DNA from: Chloroflexota bacterium
GTDB lineage: Bacteria; Chloroflexota; Limnocylindria; Limnocylindrales; CSP1-4
DNA: 64,000 nucleotides
NCBI GenBank assembly: GCA_003141245.1
Contig: PLLE01000041.1
Location: 175,329-239,328, forward strand
Direction of reading: 5' to 3'
Part shown: piece by piece, positions 27,578 through 36,941 of the stretch
How positions within the stretch are numbered: the stretch's first letter is position 1
Layout of the letters: each line of letters begins with the position of its first letter
Made by a program: the position numbers and the translations under genes
Notes under the pieces: generated by a model
Seen by the model: the letters and a program-made list of their open reading frames with translations, nothing else
Database searches by the model: none
Told to the model about the DNA's origin: nothing

Positions 27578-30500
27578 TCAGTCCGTTCTGCCCACTCCTG
27601 TATCACGTGCCCGAGTGAACACCCGCTGCAGGTAGTGGTCCATGACGACCGACTGGAAGGCGGGGTCGTCGAGGATGCGCTTGAAGATGTCGGCGTTGTC
27701 GTCCATGCGGCCGACGATGCTCTTGATGAAGGCGTCGGCGAAGACGAGTTTGAAGTTTTCGATGGGGTTGGCGCGGGCTTGGGCGACTAGCTGCTCATCG
27801 CCGAGCCACGTCTCCTCCATCTGGTCGAAGAAGAGCTGGTCGGCGGGGCCCAGCGTCATGCCGAAACGGTCGTTTAGCACCGAGATGATGGCGGACAGCC
27901 GCTCCCTCTCCTCGTCGGTCTGCTTGCCTTGGCCGTCGTAGATGGACTTCAGCTCCCCTACTCCCCTACCCGGGCCGATCGATCCTTCGCTGGTCTTCTC
28001 CAAACGGAGATGGGTCAGCTGGACCTCCGAGCCGAGGTCGAGGCTCCCTCCCCTATCGGTTGGCAGCAGGGAGATGAACGCGCGGCCGGCCAGGTAGAGC
28101 GCCTCCAGCCAGACGTCGCCGAAGTCCACGACCTGTGATAGGAACGAGTACGCGCGAACGTAGCGATCCAGAAGATCGCGGATCTCTGTTTGCTCCTCCG
28201 GAGTCCGGGCCGCGAATCGGTCCACGGCGGGGTCCAGCGTCGCGTGGAGCGCCGCATGGTAGTCCGCCTTGGGCGTCCGGTCCGCAAGGATTGCCGCCGC
28301 CTGGCGAACCTCCAGGTCGCTCAGCACCTGCAGCGCATGCAGCTTGCCGGCGAGATCGTGCAGCAGGTTCGGATCGGTCGGGATGGCGACCGTCGTCTCA
28401 TACCAGGGCCGGAACGCCTCCGTGATCGCCTCGGCCTCGTTGCGGAAATCGAGGACGAAGGTGTCGGTCTTCTCGGGATGGATCCGGTTGAGCCGGCTCA
28501 GCGTTTGTACCGCCGCCAGCCCAACCAGCACTTTGTCGACGAACATCGTGTGCAGGAGCGGCTGGTCGTAGCCAGTCTGGAACTTCTCGGCCACGATCAA
28601 GACGCCGTACTCGGGCCGGGCGAACTGCGTCGCCGTCTGCGACTCCGGGAAGCTGTTCATTCCGGATTCGGTGAAGTCGAGCCCGGCGTCGTCCACCCGC
28701 CCGGAGAACGCGACCAGCACCTTCATATCGGCGTAGCCGTGCTCGGCGATGTATCGATCGATCGCGTCCTTGTAGCGGACGGCGTGCAGGCGCGAGCTGG
28801 TGACCACCATCGCCTTGCCCTTGCCGCCAATCTTGTGGCGGGTGTGCTCGCGGAAGTGCTCGACGATGATTTCGGCCTTCTGGGCGAGGTTGTGCGGGTG
28901 CAGCGAGACGAAGCGGGCGATCGAGCGGCGCGCCTTGCGGGTGTCGTACTCGGGGTCGTCGGCGACCGCCTTGCCGACCTTCCAGTACGTCGCGTAGGTC
29001 GTGTAGTTCGCCAGGACGTCAAGGATGAAACCCTCTTCGATCGCCTGGCGCATCGAGTACAGGTGGAAGGGCGCCCAGTTGCCGTCGGCGTTCTTCCGGC
29101 CGAACAGCTCGAGCGTTCGAGCCTTCGGTGTAGCGGTGAAGGCGAAGAACGAGAGGTTCGGCTGCCGGCCGCGGGCGGCCACGGTGGCCGATAGGGCGTC
29201 CTGCGGATCGAGCGGCGCCTCCGACGCGTCGGCCTGCTCGGCGAGCGCCAGCTGCGCCTCCGCCGAGGCCGATCCGAGGGCTGCCTTCAGGTCCTTGGCC
29301 GCCTCGCCGGTCTGGCTCGAGTGCGCCTCGTCCACGATGACCGCGAAACGGCGCTGACCGAGATCCTTGATCTTGTCGAGGATGAACGGGAACTTCTGCA
29401 GTGTGGTGATGACGATCCGCGCCTGCTCGCCGTCCAGCGCCTGCGCGAGCTGCGCGCTGTCCTGGTCGATCCGCGCCACGACGCCGGTGGCGTGCTCGAA
29501 CTGGTAGATCGTCTCCTGGAGCTGGCGGTCGAGGATGACGCGGTCGGTGATGACGACGACCTTGTCGAAGACCGGCCGATCGTCCGCGCCGTGGAGCGAC
29601 ATGAGCCGGTGCGCGAGCCAGGCGATCGTGTTCGACTTGCCCGAACCGGCCGAATGCTGGACGAGGTAGCTCTGGCCGGGCCCTTCCTCGCGGGCGGCCG
29701 CCTCCAGCCGGCGGACGGCGTCCCATTGGTGGTAGCGCGGGAAGATCGCCGACCCGTTGCGGAGCTGCGCGGCGTGCGTCGGGCCGTCGCCGGGGGTGAT
29801 ATGGATGAAGCGACCGAGAAGATCTAGCCAGGCGTCGCGTGCCCACACCTGCTCCCACAGATAGCGCGTGCGGTGGCCGGTCGCGTCGGGCGGGTTGCCC
29901 TTACCGCCGGCGTTGCCGCGGTTGAACGGCAGGAAGCGGGTCTTCGGGCCCGCCAGGCAGGTCGTCATCTCGACGAGCTCGGGATCGACCGCGAAGTGCA
30001 CGAGTGCCCGCCGCCCGAGGGTGACGTTCGCCGGATCACGCTCGGTTCGGTACTGGCGCTTTGCTTCCTCGACGGTCTGGTGCGTGAGCGGGTTCTTCAG
30101 CTCGGCGGTGGCCACCGGAATGCCATTGACGAAGAGGCAGAGATCGATCGTCTTCGTAGCGGCCGCGTCGAACGGGAGCTGGCGCGTGACGGTCAGGCGG
30201 TTGGCGAGGTAGCGCTCGGTCAGCTCGGGCGTGAGGCCGTGGGCGGGCTTGAAGAACGCGAGCCGAACCTCGATGCCGTGGTCGTTGACGCCGTGGCGAA
30301 GGACGTCCACGGTGCCGCGCTCGTCGAGCTGCTTCGCGAGCCGATCGGCGAACTGTTGGTGAGCGCCATCCGGGCCGCCGTGAACGGCGACTAGTCGCTC
30401 CCACGTCTTCGGCTGAGTCTCGGCGAGGAACGCGAACAGCTCAACCGTGTCGAGCCCACGAACCCGATCGAAGTCGGCTGCCCACTCGGGCTTCGTGCCC

Positions 30501-30580
30501 CACTTGCAGACGCGGTAGCCGCCCTGCTCCACGAGCGATGCGGTGATGGCGTCCTCGAACCCGCGCTCGCTCACCTTCAT
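27578..30580 (-). CDS. hsdR: Type I restriction enzyme R subunit HsdR
   Basis: N-terminal nuclease (IDLCLFVNGIPVATAELK), SF2 helicase motifs (VQHSAGSGKSNT, IVDEAHSSQ, FTATP) and a C-terminal helical domain. The ATG at 30580 overlaps the vapC stop (ATGA). Confidence 0.92.
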   Translation of the reverse strand: MKVSERGFEDAITASLVEQGGYRVCKWGTKPEWAADFDRVRGLDTVELFAFLAETQPKTWERLVAVHGGPDGAHQQFADRLAKQLDERGTVDVLRHGVNDHGIEVRLAFFKPAHGLTPELTERYLANRLTVTRQLPFDAAATKTIDLCLFVNGIPVATAELKNPLTHQTVEEAKRQYRTERDPANVTLGRRALVHFAVDPELVEMTTCLAGPKTRFLPFNRGNAGGKGNPPDATGHRTRYLWEQVWARDAWLDLLGRFIHITPGDGPTHAAQLRNGSAIFPRYHQWDAVRRLEAAAREEGPGQSYLVQHSAGSGKSNTIAWLAHRLMSLHGADDRPVFDKVVVITDRVILDRQLQETIYQFEHATGVVARIDQDSAQLAQALDGEQARIVITTLQKFPFILDKIKDLGQRRFAVIVDEAHSSQTGEAAKDLKAALGSASAEAQLALAEQADASEAPLDPQDALSATVAARGRQPNLSFFAFTATPKARTLELFGRKNADGNWAPFHLYSMRQAIEEGFILDVLANYTTYATYWKVGKAVADDPEYDTRKARRSIARFVSLHPHNLAQKAEIIVEHFREHTRHKIGGKGKAMVVTSSRLHAVRYKDAIDRYIAEHGYADMKVLVAFSGRVDDAGLDFTESGMNSFPESQTATQFARPEYGVLIVAEKFQTGYDQPLLHTMFVDKVLVGLAAVQTLSRLNRIHPEKTDTFVLDFRNEAEAITEAFRPWYETTVAIPTDPNLLHDLAGKLHALQVLSDLEVRQAAAILADRTPKADYHAALHATLDPAVDRFAARTPEEQTEIRDLLDRYVRAYSFLSQVVDFGDVWLEALYLAGRAFISLLPTDRGGSLDLGSEVQLTHLRLEKTSEGSIGPGRGVGELKSIYDGQGKQTDEERERLSAIISVLNDRFGMTLGPADQLFFDQMEETWLGDEQLVAQARANPIENFKLVFADAFIKSIVGRMDDNADIFKRILDDPAFQSVVMDHYLQRVFTRARDTGVGRTD

Positions 30581-31035
30581 GCAGTTGGCGCTCCGTAGGC
30601 CACGGGCGCTTCGTGCACCGCGGCAGGTTCGGGCAACAGGCGGAACGAGCGTCCGCCGGGAGACCGGATCGCCGCGAAATGCCGCCGATCGAGCGTGACG
30701 ACAAGGTCGGTGCCGAGCCGGTCGGCCAGGACGGCGATCGATGCGTCGACCGTGCCGAGCGGGAAATCCACACAGCGTTCGACGAGGTCGGCGATGAATG
30801 GCCAGTCGACGGCCAACGGCGCGTCGATCTCGAAGCCGACCAGGCCACGGGCAAACGCCGCCTCCGCCGATGGTCCGAGGCGCCGTTCGATGAGGTACGC
30901 GGCCTCCGCGACGGCGAGCGCCGGGAGGACCAGGTAGAGGTCGCGCCGGCTCAGAACCTCGACGCACCGCGCATGCTCCGGCTCCGACATGTCCGCCGCG
31001 GCAATGAGCGCCGAGGCGTCAACTATGGCCAGCAC
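30577..31035 (-). CDS. vapC: PIN-domain toxin VapC
   Basis: GTG start at 31035. VLAIVDASALIAA...VLPALAVAEAAYL...DASIAVLADRLG carries the PIN acidic residues. Confidence 0.8.
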   Translation of the reverse strand: MLAIVDASALIAAADMSEPEHARCVEVLSRRDLYLVLPALAVAEAAYLIERRLGPSAEAAFARGLVGFEIDAPLAVDWPFIADLVERCVDFPLGTVDASIAVLADRLGTDLVVTLDRRHFAAIRSPGGRSFRLLPEPAAVHEAPVAYGAPTA

Positions 31036-31297
31036 GGGAGTCCCCTTCGATGTCCTGGGGCCAGTGGTCCCGCAGGTACTCCTCTTCCCGACCGGCGATG
31101 CCGGGCAATCCGCTCGCCCCAAGGGAGGCGAACGGGAGGGGACGCGGGCCTGCCTCGCCGATCCCGAGTCGCGCCTCGATGGCCTCGCGTGCGATCTGAG
31201 AGACGGGAACACGTTGACGCGCGGCCTCTCGCTCGAGAGCCGCAGCCAGATCGTCTGGCAGGCTGATTGTTGTGCGCTTCATACGTGCATACTGCAT
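31019..31297 (-). CDS. vapB: Ribbon-helix-helix (CopG) antitoxin VapB
   Basis: MKRTTISLPDDLAAALEREAARQRVPVSQIAREAIEARL. It overlaps vapC by 17 nt. The alternative start is at 31282. Confidence 0.75.
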   Translation of the reverse strand: MQYARMKRTTISLPDDLAAALEREAARQRVPVSQIAREAIEARLGIGEAGPRPLPFASLGASGLPGIAGREEEYLRDHWPQDIEGDSRAGHS

Positions 31298-31325
31298 GCC
31301 ACCCGCTCGCCCGTCAATCGCCTCG

Positions 31326-32537
31326 TCACGCGGCCACCCCAGGGATCTCGATCTGGCCGGTCACGGCCGCGGTGATTAGCGCCTGCCGGCGCTCCTGGAG
31401 GAGGGCGACTGCCCGTCTTGTCTGAGTCGAGGCTTCAGTCAGTGCTGCCAGGCTAGGCAGAACACGGCCAACGGTAGTCCGCTGTGTGGGAAGCGGTGCC
31501 CACGGTATGCGAATGTCACGGATGTCATCCAAGGCAAGCTGCTGCTTCGTGCCACCGTATCGGGCGGCATCGAGCTGACGCTGAGCGTCATCCGTCCAGA
31601 GGGCCAGGGCGAGCCATTCGGGTACCACTCGGGACGGTTCAGGACGAACAAGCGCCAGATGTTGGCTGACATATGCCTCGCCCAGCCCGGCGGGCACCAC
31701 CCCGACCTGGCCAATGGCCGCCGTGATTGTGGTCAACACGTCGCCGGGCCGCACCCGACATCGGTCCGCTTCGGCGGCCGAAGGTGGTTCGATGAACGCG
31801 ACATCGTCCAGGCGAAGTGAGATCGAGTCGCGAGGGACATTTGCGATCCGGAGGAACAAGCTCGATCCCGAATCGACAACAAGATCGCTCCAGCCCCGCG
31901 GTCCACTGGTTACTAGATCAACGACCCGTCGCACGGTCACCGTCGCAGTCGCGACTGAACGGAGGGCAGTCGATACCGCGGCCCGCTTACGCAATTCGAG
32001 GAGATCAGCACGCTGCGCCATGGAGTCAATGATCCTGTCGATACGCGCCGTCTCGGCGTCGAGGTAGTCGGCGATGCGCCGCTGAGCCGGGACGGGCGGC
32101 ACCGGCACAGCCACATCTCCAATCTCCAACCCGTTGATCGCCGGGTAGCTCACGCCCACCGACCGGGCGACTATCTCGTCGATCACAAGGTCGGACTGGG
32201 CGATCCAGCCGAGGTAGCGCGCATCCAGTCCTCGTCGCGGAGTGAGTACGGCGAACCCGGTCGAGACGACCATGTCGTCGGTATCCCCTTTCACCGGCCA
32301 GACCGCTCCGAGGTATGTCCTCACGGTGGACACGATCGTGTCGCCAGACCGGACGAGCCGACGAGCTCTGGATGGAGCGTCCGCGAAAGCCATCGGCTCT
32401 GGTTCCGCAAGTAGAGCGCCTCGCCCCACGCTGCCGATGTCGGCGTAGCGGAACTCGCAGGTCGGGTCGGTGTCCTCGTCGAGATCGCGGGCATTGATGT
32501 CGACGATGTACTTGAGCCGCTGCCAGCCTTCTCTCAC
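31326..32537 (-). CDS. hsdS: Type I R-M specificity subunit HsdS
   Basis: Two target-recognition domains are separated by conserved helical spacers (IADYLDAETARIDRIID... and ...LLQERRQALITAAVTGQIEI). The ATG overlaps the hsdM stop. Confidence 0.85.
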   Translation of the reverse strand: MREGWQRLKYIVDINARDLDEDTDPTCEFRYADIGSVGRGALLAEPEPMAFADAPSRARRLVRSGDTIVSTVRTYLGAVWPVKGDTDDMVVSTGFAVLTPRRGLDARYLGWIAQSDLVIDEIVARSVGVSYPAINGLEIGDVAVPVPPVPAQRRIADYLDAETARIDRIIDSMAQRADLLELRKRAAVSTALRSVATATVTVRRVVDLVTSGPRGWSDLVVDSGSSLFLRIANVPRDSISLRLDDVAFIEPPSAAEADRCRVRPGDVLTTITAAIGQVGVVPAGLGEAYVSQHLALVRPEPSRVVPEWLALALWTDDAQRQLDAARYGGTKQQLALDDIRDIRIPWAPLPTQRTTVGRVLPSLAALTEASTQTRRAVALLQERRQALITAAVTGQIEIPGVAA

Positions 32538-34540
32538 GAGGTCACCTCGCCGAGCAGCCGCTGGATCTCGGCCTCCAACGCCTCGATCTCCGCGTCGATC
32601 TCGGCGAGTGGCCGCGGCGGCACGTAGCGGTAGAAGTGGCGGGTGAGCGGGATCTCGTAGCCGACCTTGGTCTTGGAATTGTCGACCCAGGCGTCGGGCA
32701 CATACGCCAGGACTTCGGCGGCCATATAAGCTTCGACGGCCTCGCGGTATGGAGTTAAGGCAAGCCGGTCCGTGGGATTGGGTTCGAATCCGATATGCGG
32801 TACCAGCAGCGGGACGTTCTCGTTATCGCGGAGGTCCGGATCCGGCTCGGGTTGGCCGTGGCGATCACTGATGACAGGCGCCTCCGAATCTCGAACGGAG
32901 AGCGCCTCCCAGACGGCCTTCTCGATCGCCTTCGGCAGAGCGCCCAGGCGTCGGCCAACGTCGGTTCGATCGGTCGAAGAAAGGTTTTGCAGACCTCCCA
33001 CCCGCTCGACTAGCGCCAGCCGTTCAGGCTCGGTCAGCTTCTTCCATCCGGGCGAGGCTTCGATCGCCGGAAGAGTCCCCTCCCCGACCTCGTAGCGCAG
33101 GCGCAGCGGGCGCTCGACGGTGATCCGCTGGTAGCCGAACGACTCGTTCGGCAGGATCTTGACCCGGTCGCTCTCCTCGAACGCGCCGTAGAGCCGGGTG
33201 ATCTCGGCGATTTGCTCCGGGCTGATCTCATTGCGCTTGTTGCCCAGGCTCTTGCGCATCTTAACGAACGACTCGCGTGCGTCGACGAGCTGCACCTTGC
33301 CGCGGCGCTCGGGCCGCTTGCGGTTCGTGACGATCCAGAAGTAGGTGCTGATCCCGGTGTTGTAGAAGAGCTGGTCGGGCAGGGCGACGATGCCTTCGAG
33401 CCAGTCGTTCTCGATGATCCAGCGCCGGATCTCGCTCTCGCCCGAGCCCGCGCCGCCGGTGAAGAGCGGCGAGCCGTTGAACACGATCGCGAGTCGACCG
33501 CCGCCCTCCTCGGGGCGCTTGAGCTTGCTGATCATGTGTTGGAGGAAGAGGAACGAGCCGTCGTTGATGCGCGGCAGACCGGCGCCGAAGCGGCCGCCGA
33601 AGCCGAGTTTGTCGTGCTCATCCTCGATCGCCTGCTGGACCTTCTTCCATTCGACCCCGAACGGCGGATTCGCGAGCAGGTAGTCGTAGCGCTGGCCCTT
33701 GAAGGCGTCCTCGCTGAAGCTGTTGCCGAAGTGGATGTTCGAGCCCGGCTGGTTCTTGAGCACCATGTCGGCCCGGCAGACCGCGTACGTCTCGGCATTT
33801 AGCTCCTGGCCGTACACAACGAGCTGGCCAGCGGAGTTGTGGTCGTGCACGTACTCCTGCGAGACAGACAGCATCCCACCGGTCCCGCAGGCGGGATCGA
33901 GCATCGTGCGGACGATGCCGGGCGTAGCCAGGATGTCGTCGTCCTCAATGAAGAGAAGATCGACCATCAGGCGGATGACTTCGCGCGGAGTGAAGTGCTC
34001 GCCGGCGGTCTCGTTGGAAAGCTCGGAGAACTTGCGGAGCAGCTCCTCGTAGAGGTAGCCCATCTCGACGTTGCTGACCCTGTCGGGGTGGAGGTCCACC
34101 TCGGTCACCTTGGAAAGGACGAGGTACAGGAGCTTGGCGCGGTCGAGGCGGCCGATCTGGGCGTCGAAGTCGAACTTCTCGATGACATCGCGGGTGTCGG
34201 CGTCGAAGGCGGCGATCCAGGCGCGCAGGTTTCCGGCGACCTGGGTTGGGTCCGCGAGGATGGCCCGCAGGTTCAGGCGCGAGGTGTTGTAAGCCTCGAT
34301 GCCGGTCACGGTCTTGAGGACGGGACCGACGGTCTGGACGGTCAGGGTCTTGACGCGGGCGAGGACCTGGGCTTTGGTGGGCTCGAGGACGCAGTCGAGC
34401 CGTCGGAGCAGGACGAGCGGCAGGATGACTCGGCCGTACTCGGAACGCTTGTAGTCGCCGCGCAGCAGATCGGCGATGGCCCAGATGAGGCCGGCGTGGT
34501 TGGTGGGCGCGGCGTGGTCTGTGGCCCTGACCTCGGTCAA
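32534..34540 (-). CDS. hsdM: Type I R-M N6-adenine DNA methyltransferase HsdM
   Basis: HsdM_N helix (IWAIADLLRGDYKRSEYGRVILP), motif I DPACGTGGML and motif IV LANPPFG. TTG start preceded by GGGGGA. Confidence 0.93.
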   Translation of the reverse strand: MTEVRATDHAAPTNHAGLIWAIADLLRGDYKRSEYGRVILPLVLLRRLDCVLEPTKAQVLARVKTLTVQTVGPVLKTVTGIEAYNTSRLNLRAILADPTQVAGNLRAWIAAFDADTRDVIEKFDFDAQIGRLDRAKLLYLVLSKVTEVDLHPDRVSNVEMGYLYEELLRKFSELSNETAGEHFTPREVIRLMVDLLFIEDDDILATPGIVRTMLDPACGTGGMLSVSQEYVHDHNSAGQLVVYGQELNAETYAVCRADMVLKNQPGSNIHFGNSFSEDAFKGQRYDYLLANPPFGVEWKKVQQAIEDEHDKLGFGGRFGAGLPRINDGSFLFLQHMISKLKRPEEGGGRLAIVFNGSPLFTGGAGSGESEIRRWIIENDWLEGIVALPDQLFYNTGISTYFWIVTNRKRPERRGKVQLVDARESFVKMRKSLGNKRNEISPEQIAEITRLYGAFEESDRVKILPNESFGYQRITVERPLRLRYEVGEGTLPAIEASPGWKKLTEPERLALVERVGGLQNLSSTDRTDVGRRLGALPKAIEKAVWEALSVRDSEAPVISDRHGQPEPDPDLRDNENVPLLVPHIGFEPNPTDRLALTPYREAVEAYMAAEVLAYVPDAWVDNSKTKVGYEIPLTRHFYRYVPPRPLAEIDAEIEALEAEIQRLLGEVTS

Positions 34541-34564
34541 GCTCGGTGTCCCCCGCTTGCGTGA

Positions 34565-34585
34565 CGGTGCTCCCCTACTCTAGCC
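34565..34585. repeat. 21-nt exact direct repeat CGGTGCTCCCCTACTCTAGCC (copy 1, spans the fic stop codon)
   Basis: It is identical to 39812-39832. Similarity extends about 7 nt further (TGCGTGA/G). Confidence 0.75.
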
Positions 34586-35611
34586 AGTTGGGGTGCCCTT
34601 CGGTGGTCTCCCGACGCGGCGCGTTCGGCGGTAGTCGTCCACCCATTGGCGCGTGCTCATCCACCGACCGGCCTCGTCCTTGATCGCTCGCAGTCGACCT
34701 CGCTCGGCGGCGACTCGAATGGACCGCAGCGGGAGTGTCGGAAGTGCGAGAGCGGATATGGGCAGCAGCTTTGCCGGGCCGGCCAAACTCGGCAGCAAGA
34801 AACGGTCCAGACTCTCCATCACCGCGCGGCCAAGCATCTCCGCAAGGGGCCACGGATCGCCCGCATCGGCGCGCTGCAAGGCCCTGAGATATACCGGCCT
34901 GGATCGGTTCCGCAGCACGGCGGCCGGATAGCCTTGTCGAACCAAGAGCAGGTTGAGGATCAGGCGTCCCACTCGGCCGTTGCCATCTCGGAATGGGTGG
35001 ATCCGCTCGAAACCAGCATGTATCGACGCCAGAGCAAGCAACGGATGAACCGCCGCGCCCGGTTCGCTGTTGACGAGGCGCAGCCAATCGGCAACCTCGG
35101 CGGGGACGTCTGTGAAGGAAGGTGGCCGCATGCCTCCGCCGAACTGGGCGATGTCGTGGCAGCGGAAGTTGCCGGGACCCTCATCGGGGTGCAGGTCATT
35201 GGGCGGGAAGAACTCCCAAACCGGACTTACCGTCAAGCGGTGGATGTGCCGGAGTTCGGTCAAAGACAGCGACGCTTCGCTGGCGCCCCATTCGCCTGGC
35301 ATCCTGCCCTGCGCGTAGACCCACTCGGCCGCCTGCGCGTACGCCTTGACCTCCAGGTACTCGCACAGCTCCTTGTTCCCTACCGACCGCCCCTCGTCGA
35401 GCAGGATCTTCACCTGCTTGAGGGCAAGAGTGTTTCCTTCGATCGCGGTCGAGTTGTGGACCTCTTCGTACCAGATGTCCCGCCAAATCGCCTGGTTTTC
35501 GACCGGCGCCGGCAGTCCGCCCGTGCGCGCAAGGTCGCGCATACCGAGATCGACCTGGTCGAGAATGAACTGCCGAGAAGGACGCCCGCGGCCCGGCTTC
35601 TGGATCACCAT
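34580..35611 (-). CDS. Fic/DOC family protein (AMPylase-type)
   Basis: Catalytic motif HPFRDGNGRVGRL, preceded by a Fic_N-type region (EVHNSTAIEGNTL). Confidence 0.9.
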   Translation of the reverse strand: MVIQKPGRGRPSRQFILDQVDLGMRDLARTGGLPAPVENQAIWRDIWYEEVHNSTAIEGNTLALKQVKILLDEGRSVGNKELCEYLEVKAYAQAAEWVYAQGRMPGEWGASEASLSLTELRHIHRLTVSPVWEFFPPNDLHPDEGPGNFRCHDIAQFGGGMRPPSFTDVPAEVADWLRLVNSEPGAAVHPLLALASIHAGFERIHPFRDGNGRVGRLILNLLLVRQGYPAAVLRNRSRPVYLRALQRADAGDPWPLAEMLGRAVMESLDRFLLPSLAGPAKLLPISALALPTLPLRSIRVAAERGRLRAIKDEAGRWMSTRQWVDDYRRTRRVGRPPKGTPTG

Positions 35612-35714
35612 GCCGACAAGGATATTGTGTCGTGCGAATTAGTGCGAGGCCTTTGACACAGTTTGTGAGGCCGTCTGACCGAGAGCATGCCACCGGTGCC
35701 GCAGCCACGGGGCG

Positions 35715-35769
35715 GTGAAGCTGGCCCGGGCTATAGAGTCCGGCGACCCCTACCGTCCTGGCGCTGCGG
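35715..35769 (+). repeat. 145-nt repeat family, truncated copy A (first 55 nt only)
   Basis: GTGAAGCTGGCCCGG...TCCTGGCGCTGCGG aligns with the 5-prime third of copies B, C and D. Confidence 0.6.
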
Positions 35770-35775
35770 CCATGA

Positions 35776-35832
35776 CTGGTCATCGGATTCGACGATGCGT
35801 CGGGCCGGAGGGACGTCGCGACCATCTCTTAG
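35776..35832 (+). pseudogene. Remnant of a higA-type antitoxin 3-prime end (last 18 codons or so)
   Basis: CTGGTCATCGGATTCGACGATGCGTCGGGCCGGAGGGACGTCGCGACCATCTCTTAG (LVIGFDDASGRRDVATIS*) against the intact higA at 40652-40708 (LVIGFEDASGRRDVATFS*). Confidence 0.55.
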
Positions 35833-35944
35833 TTCCTCGTGGACAACAGAGATGCTGTCGGCTACAGCTACCAGGCCGTGGCGCCTGGCGAACACCGTTT
35901 GCGCAGGCATGTAGAGTCAGGATCGAGCGCTCCGCCCACGTCTA

Positions 35945-36838
35945 TTGGATCAGAATGGCCTCGTGAGCACTCCGGCCCTCTCGCCCGTGGATCTCGATCG
36001 GATCGAGAGCGCTCTTGGCTGGCGGCCAACGCATTGGGCTCCGGCCAGCGCGCGTAAGGGCGGTGCGACCGCCGCGCGGCTGCTGGTCGCCTCGGCCGAC
36101 GAGCGAGCATTCGTCAAGCTTGGCACGACCGAGCTCACGGCGGGCTGGTTCCGGCGCGAGCACGAGAACTACCTTGCATTGGCGGGGCCCTTCCTTCCGC
36201 GCCTGCTCGGCTTCTCGGACGATGGCATAGTGCCGGTGCTCGCCATCGAGGACCTGTCCGACGCGACCTGGCCGCCGCCGTGGGACGACGAGAAGATCGG
36301 TCAAGTGCTCGACGCCGCCGCACTCGTCCACGCGCACCCTATCCCGTCGCACTTGGCCCCCCTCACGGACGAGTACCGCAACGATTGGGATCGCGTGGCG
36401 TCGGATCCGCAGCCGTTTCTTGCCTTGGGGCTCTGCTCGGCATCCTGGCTCGAGCACGCCGTCCCGGTTCTGTCTGCGGCCGCCTGGGCCGCCCCGATCC
36501 GAGGTTCCTCTCTGCTGCACCTCGACATTCGGAGCGACAACCTCTGCTTTCGCGATGGGCGCGCGGTGCTCATCGACTGGGATGGGCCGATGGTCGGAAA
36601 CCCCGACGTCGACATAGCGGCATGGCTTCCGAGCCTGGCCGCGGATGGAGGACCACAACCCGAAGCCATCCTGCCCGCCGCACCCGAGCTGGCGGCCTGG
36701 ATGGCGGGCTACTTCTGCGCCCGCGCCGGTCTAGAGCCGATTTCGGAGGCTCCGCACGTACGGCCTCTCCAGCTGGCCCAGGCCCGCACGTCGCTGCCCT
36801 GGGCTGCGCATGCGCTCGGCGTGCCCGCGCCCGGCTGA
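35945..36838 (+). CDS. Aminoglycoside/choline-kinase-family phosphotransferase (APH fold)
   Basis: LLHLDIRSDNLCF (HxDxxxxN) and VLIDWDG (DxD). TTG start, uncertain. Confidence 0.75.
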   Translation: MDQNGLVSTPALSPVDLDRIESALGWRPTHWAPASARKGGATAARLLVASADERAFVKLGTTELTAGWFRREHENYLALAGPFLPRLLGFSDDGIVPVLAIEDLSDATWPPPWDDEKIGQVLDAAALVHAHPIPSHLAPLTDEYRNDWDRVASDPQPFLALGLCSASWLEHAVPVLSAAAWAAPIRGSSLLHLDIRSDNLCFRDGRAVLIDWDGPMVGNPDVDIAAWLPSLAADGGPQPEAILPAAPELAAWMAGYFCARAGLEPISEAPHVRPLQLAQARTSLPWAAHALGVPAPG

Positions 36839-36941
36839 GCCCGCTGTCTCGCGTTAGGCGCAACGCCGGCCACGAAGCGATGAGCCGTCCGCCGGGTTCG
36901 TCAAGATAAGGCGAACGGCACGCACTGCATCGGAGGCGAGG

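Noticed and set aside
27578-30967. A 1129-aa version of hsdR extending upstream through the vapC region.
   Set aside because: The extra 129 N-terminal residues are Arg/Pro/Gly-rich and overlap the PIN-domain gene in another frame. MKVSERGFEDAITASLV at 30580 is a typical HsdR N-terminus.
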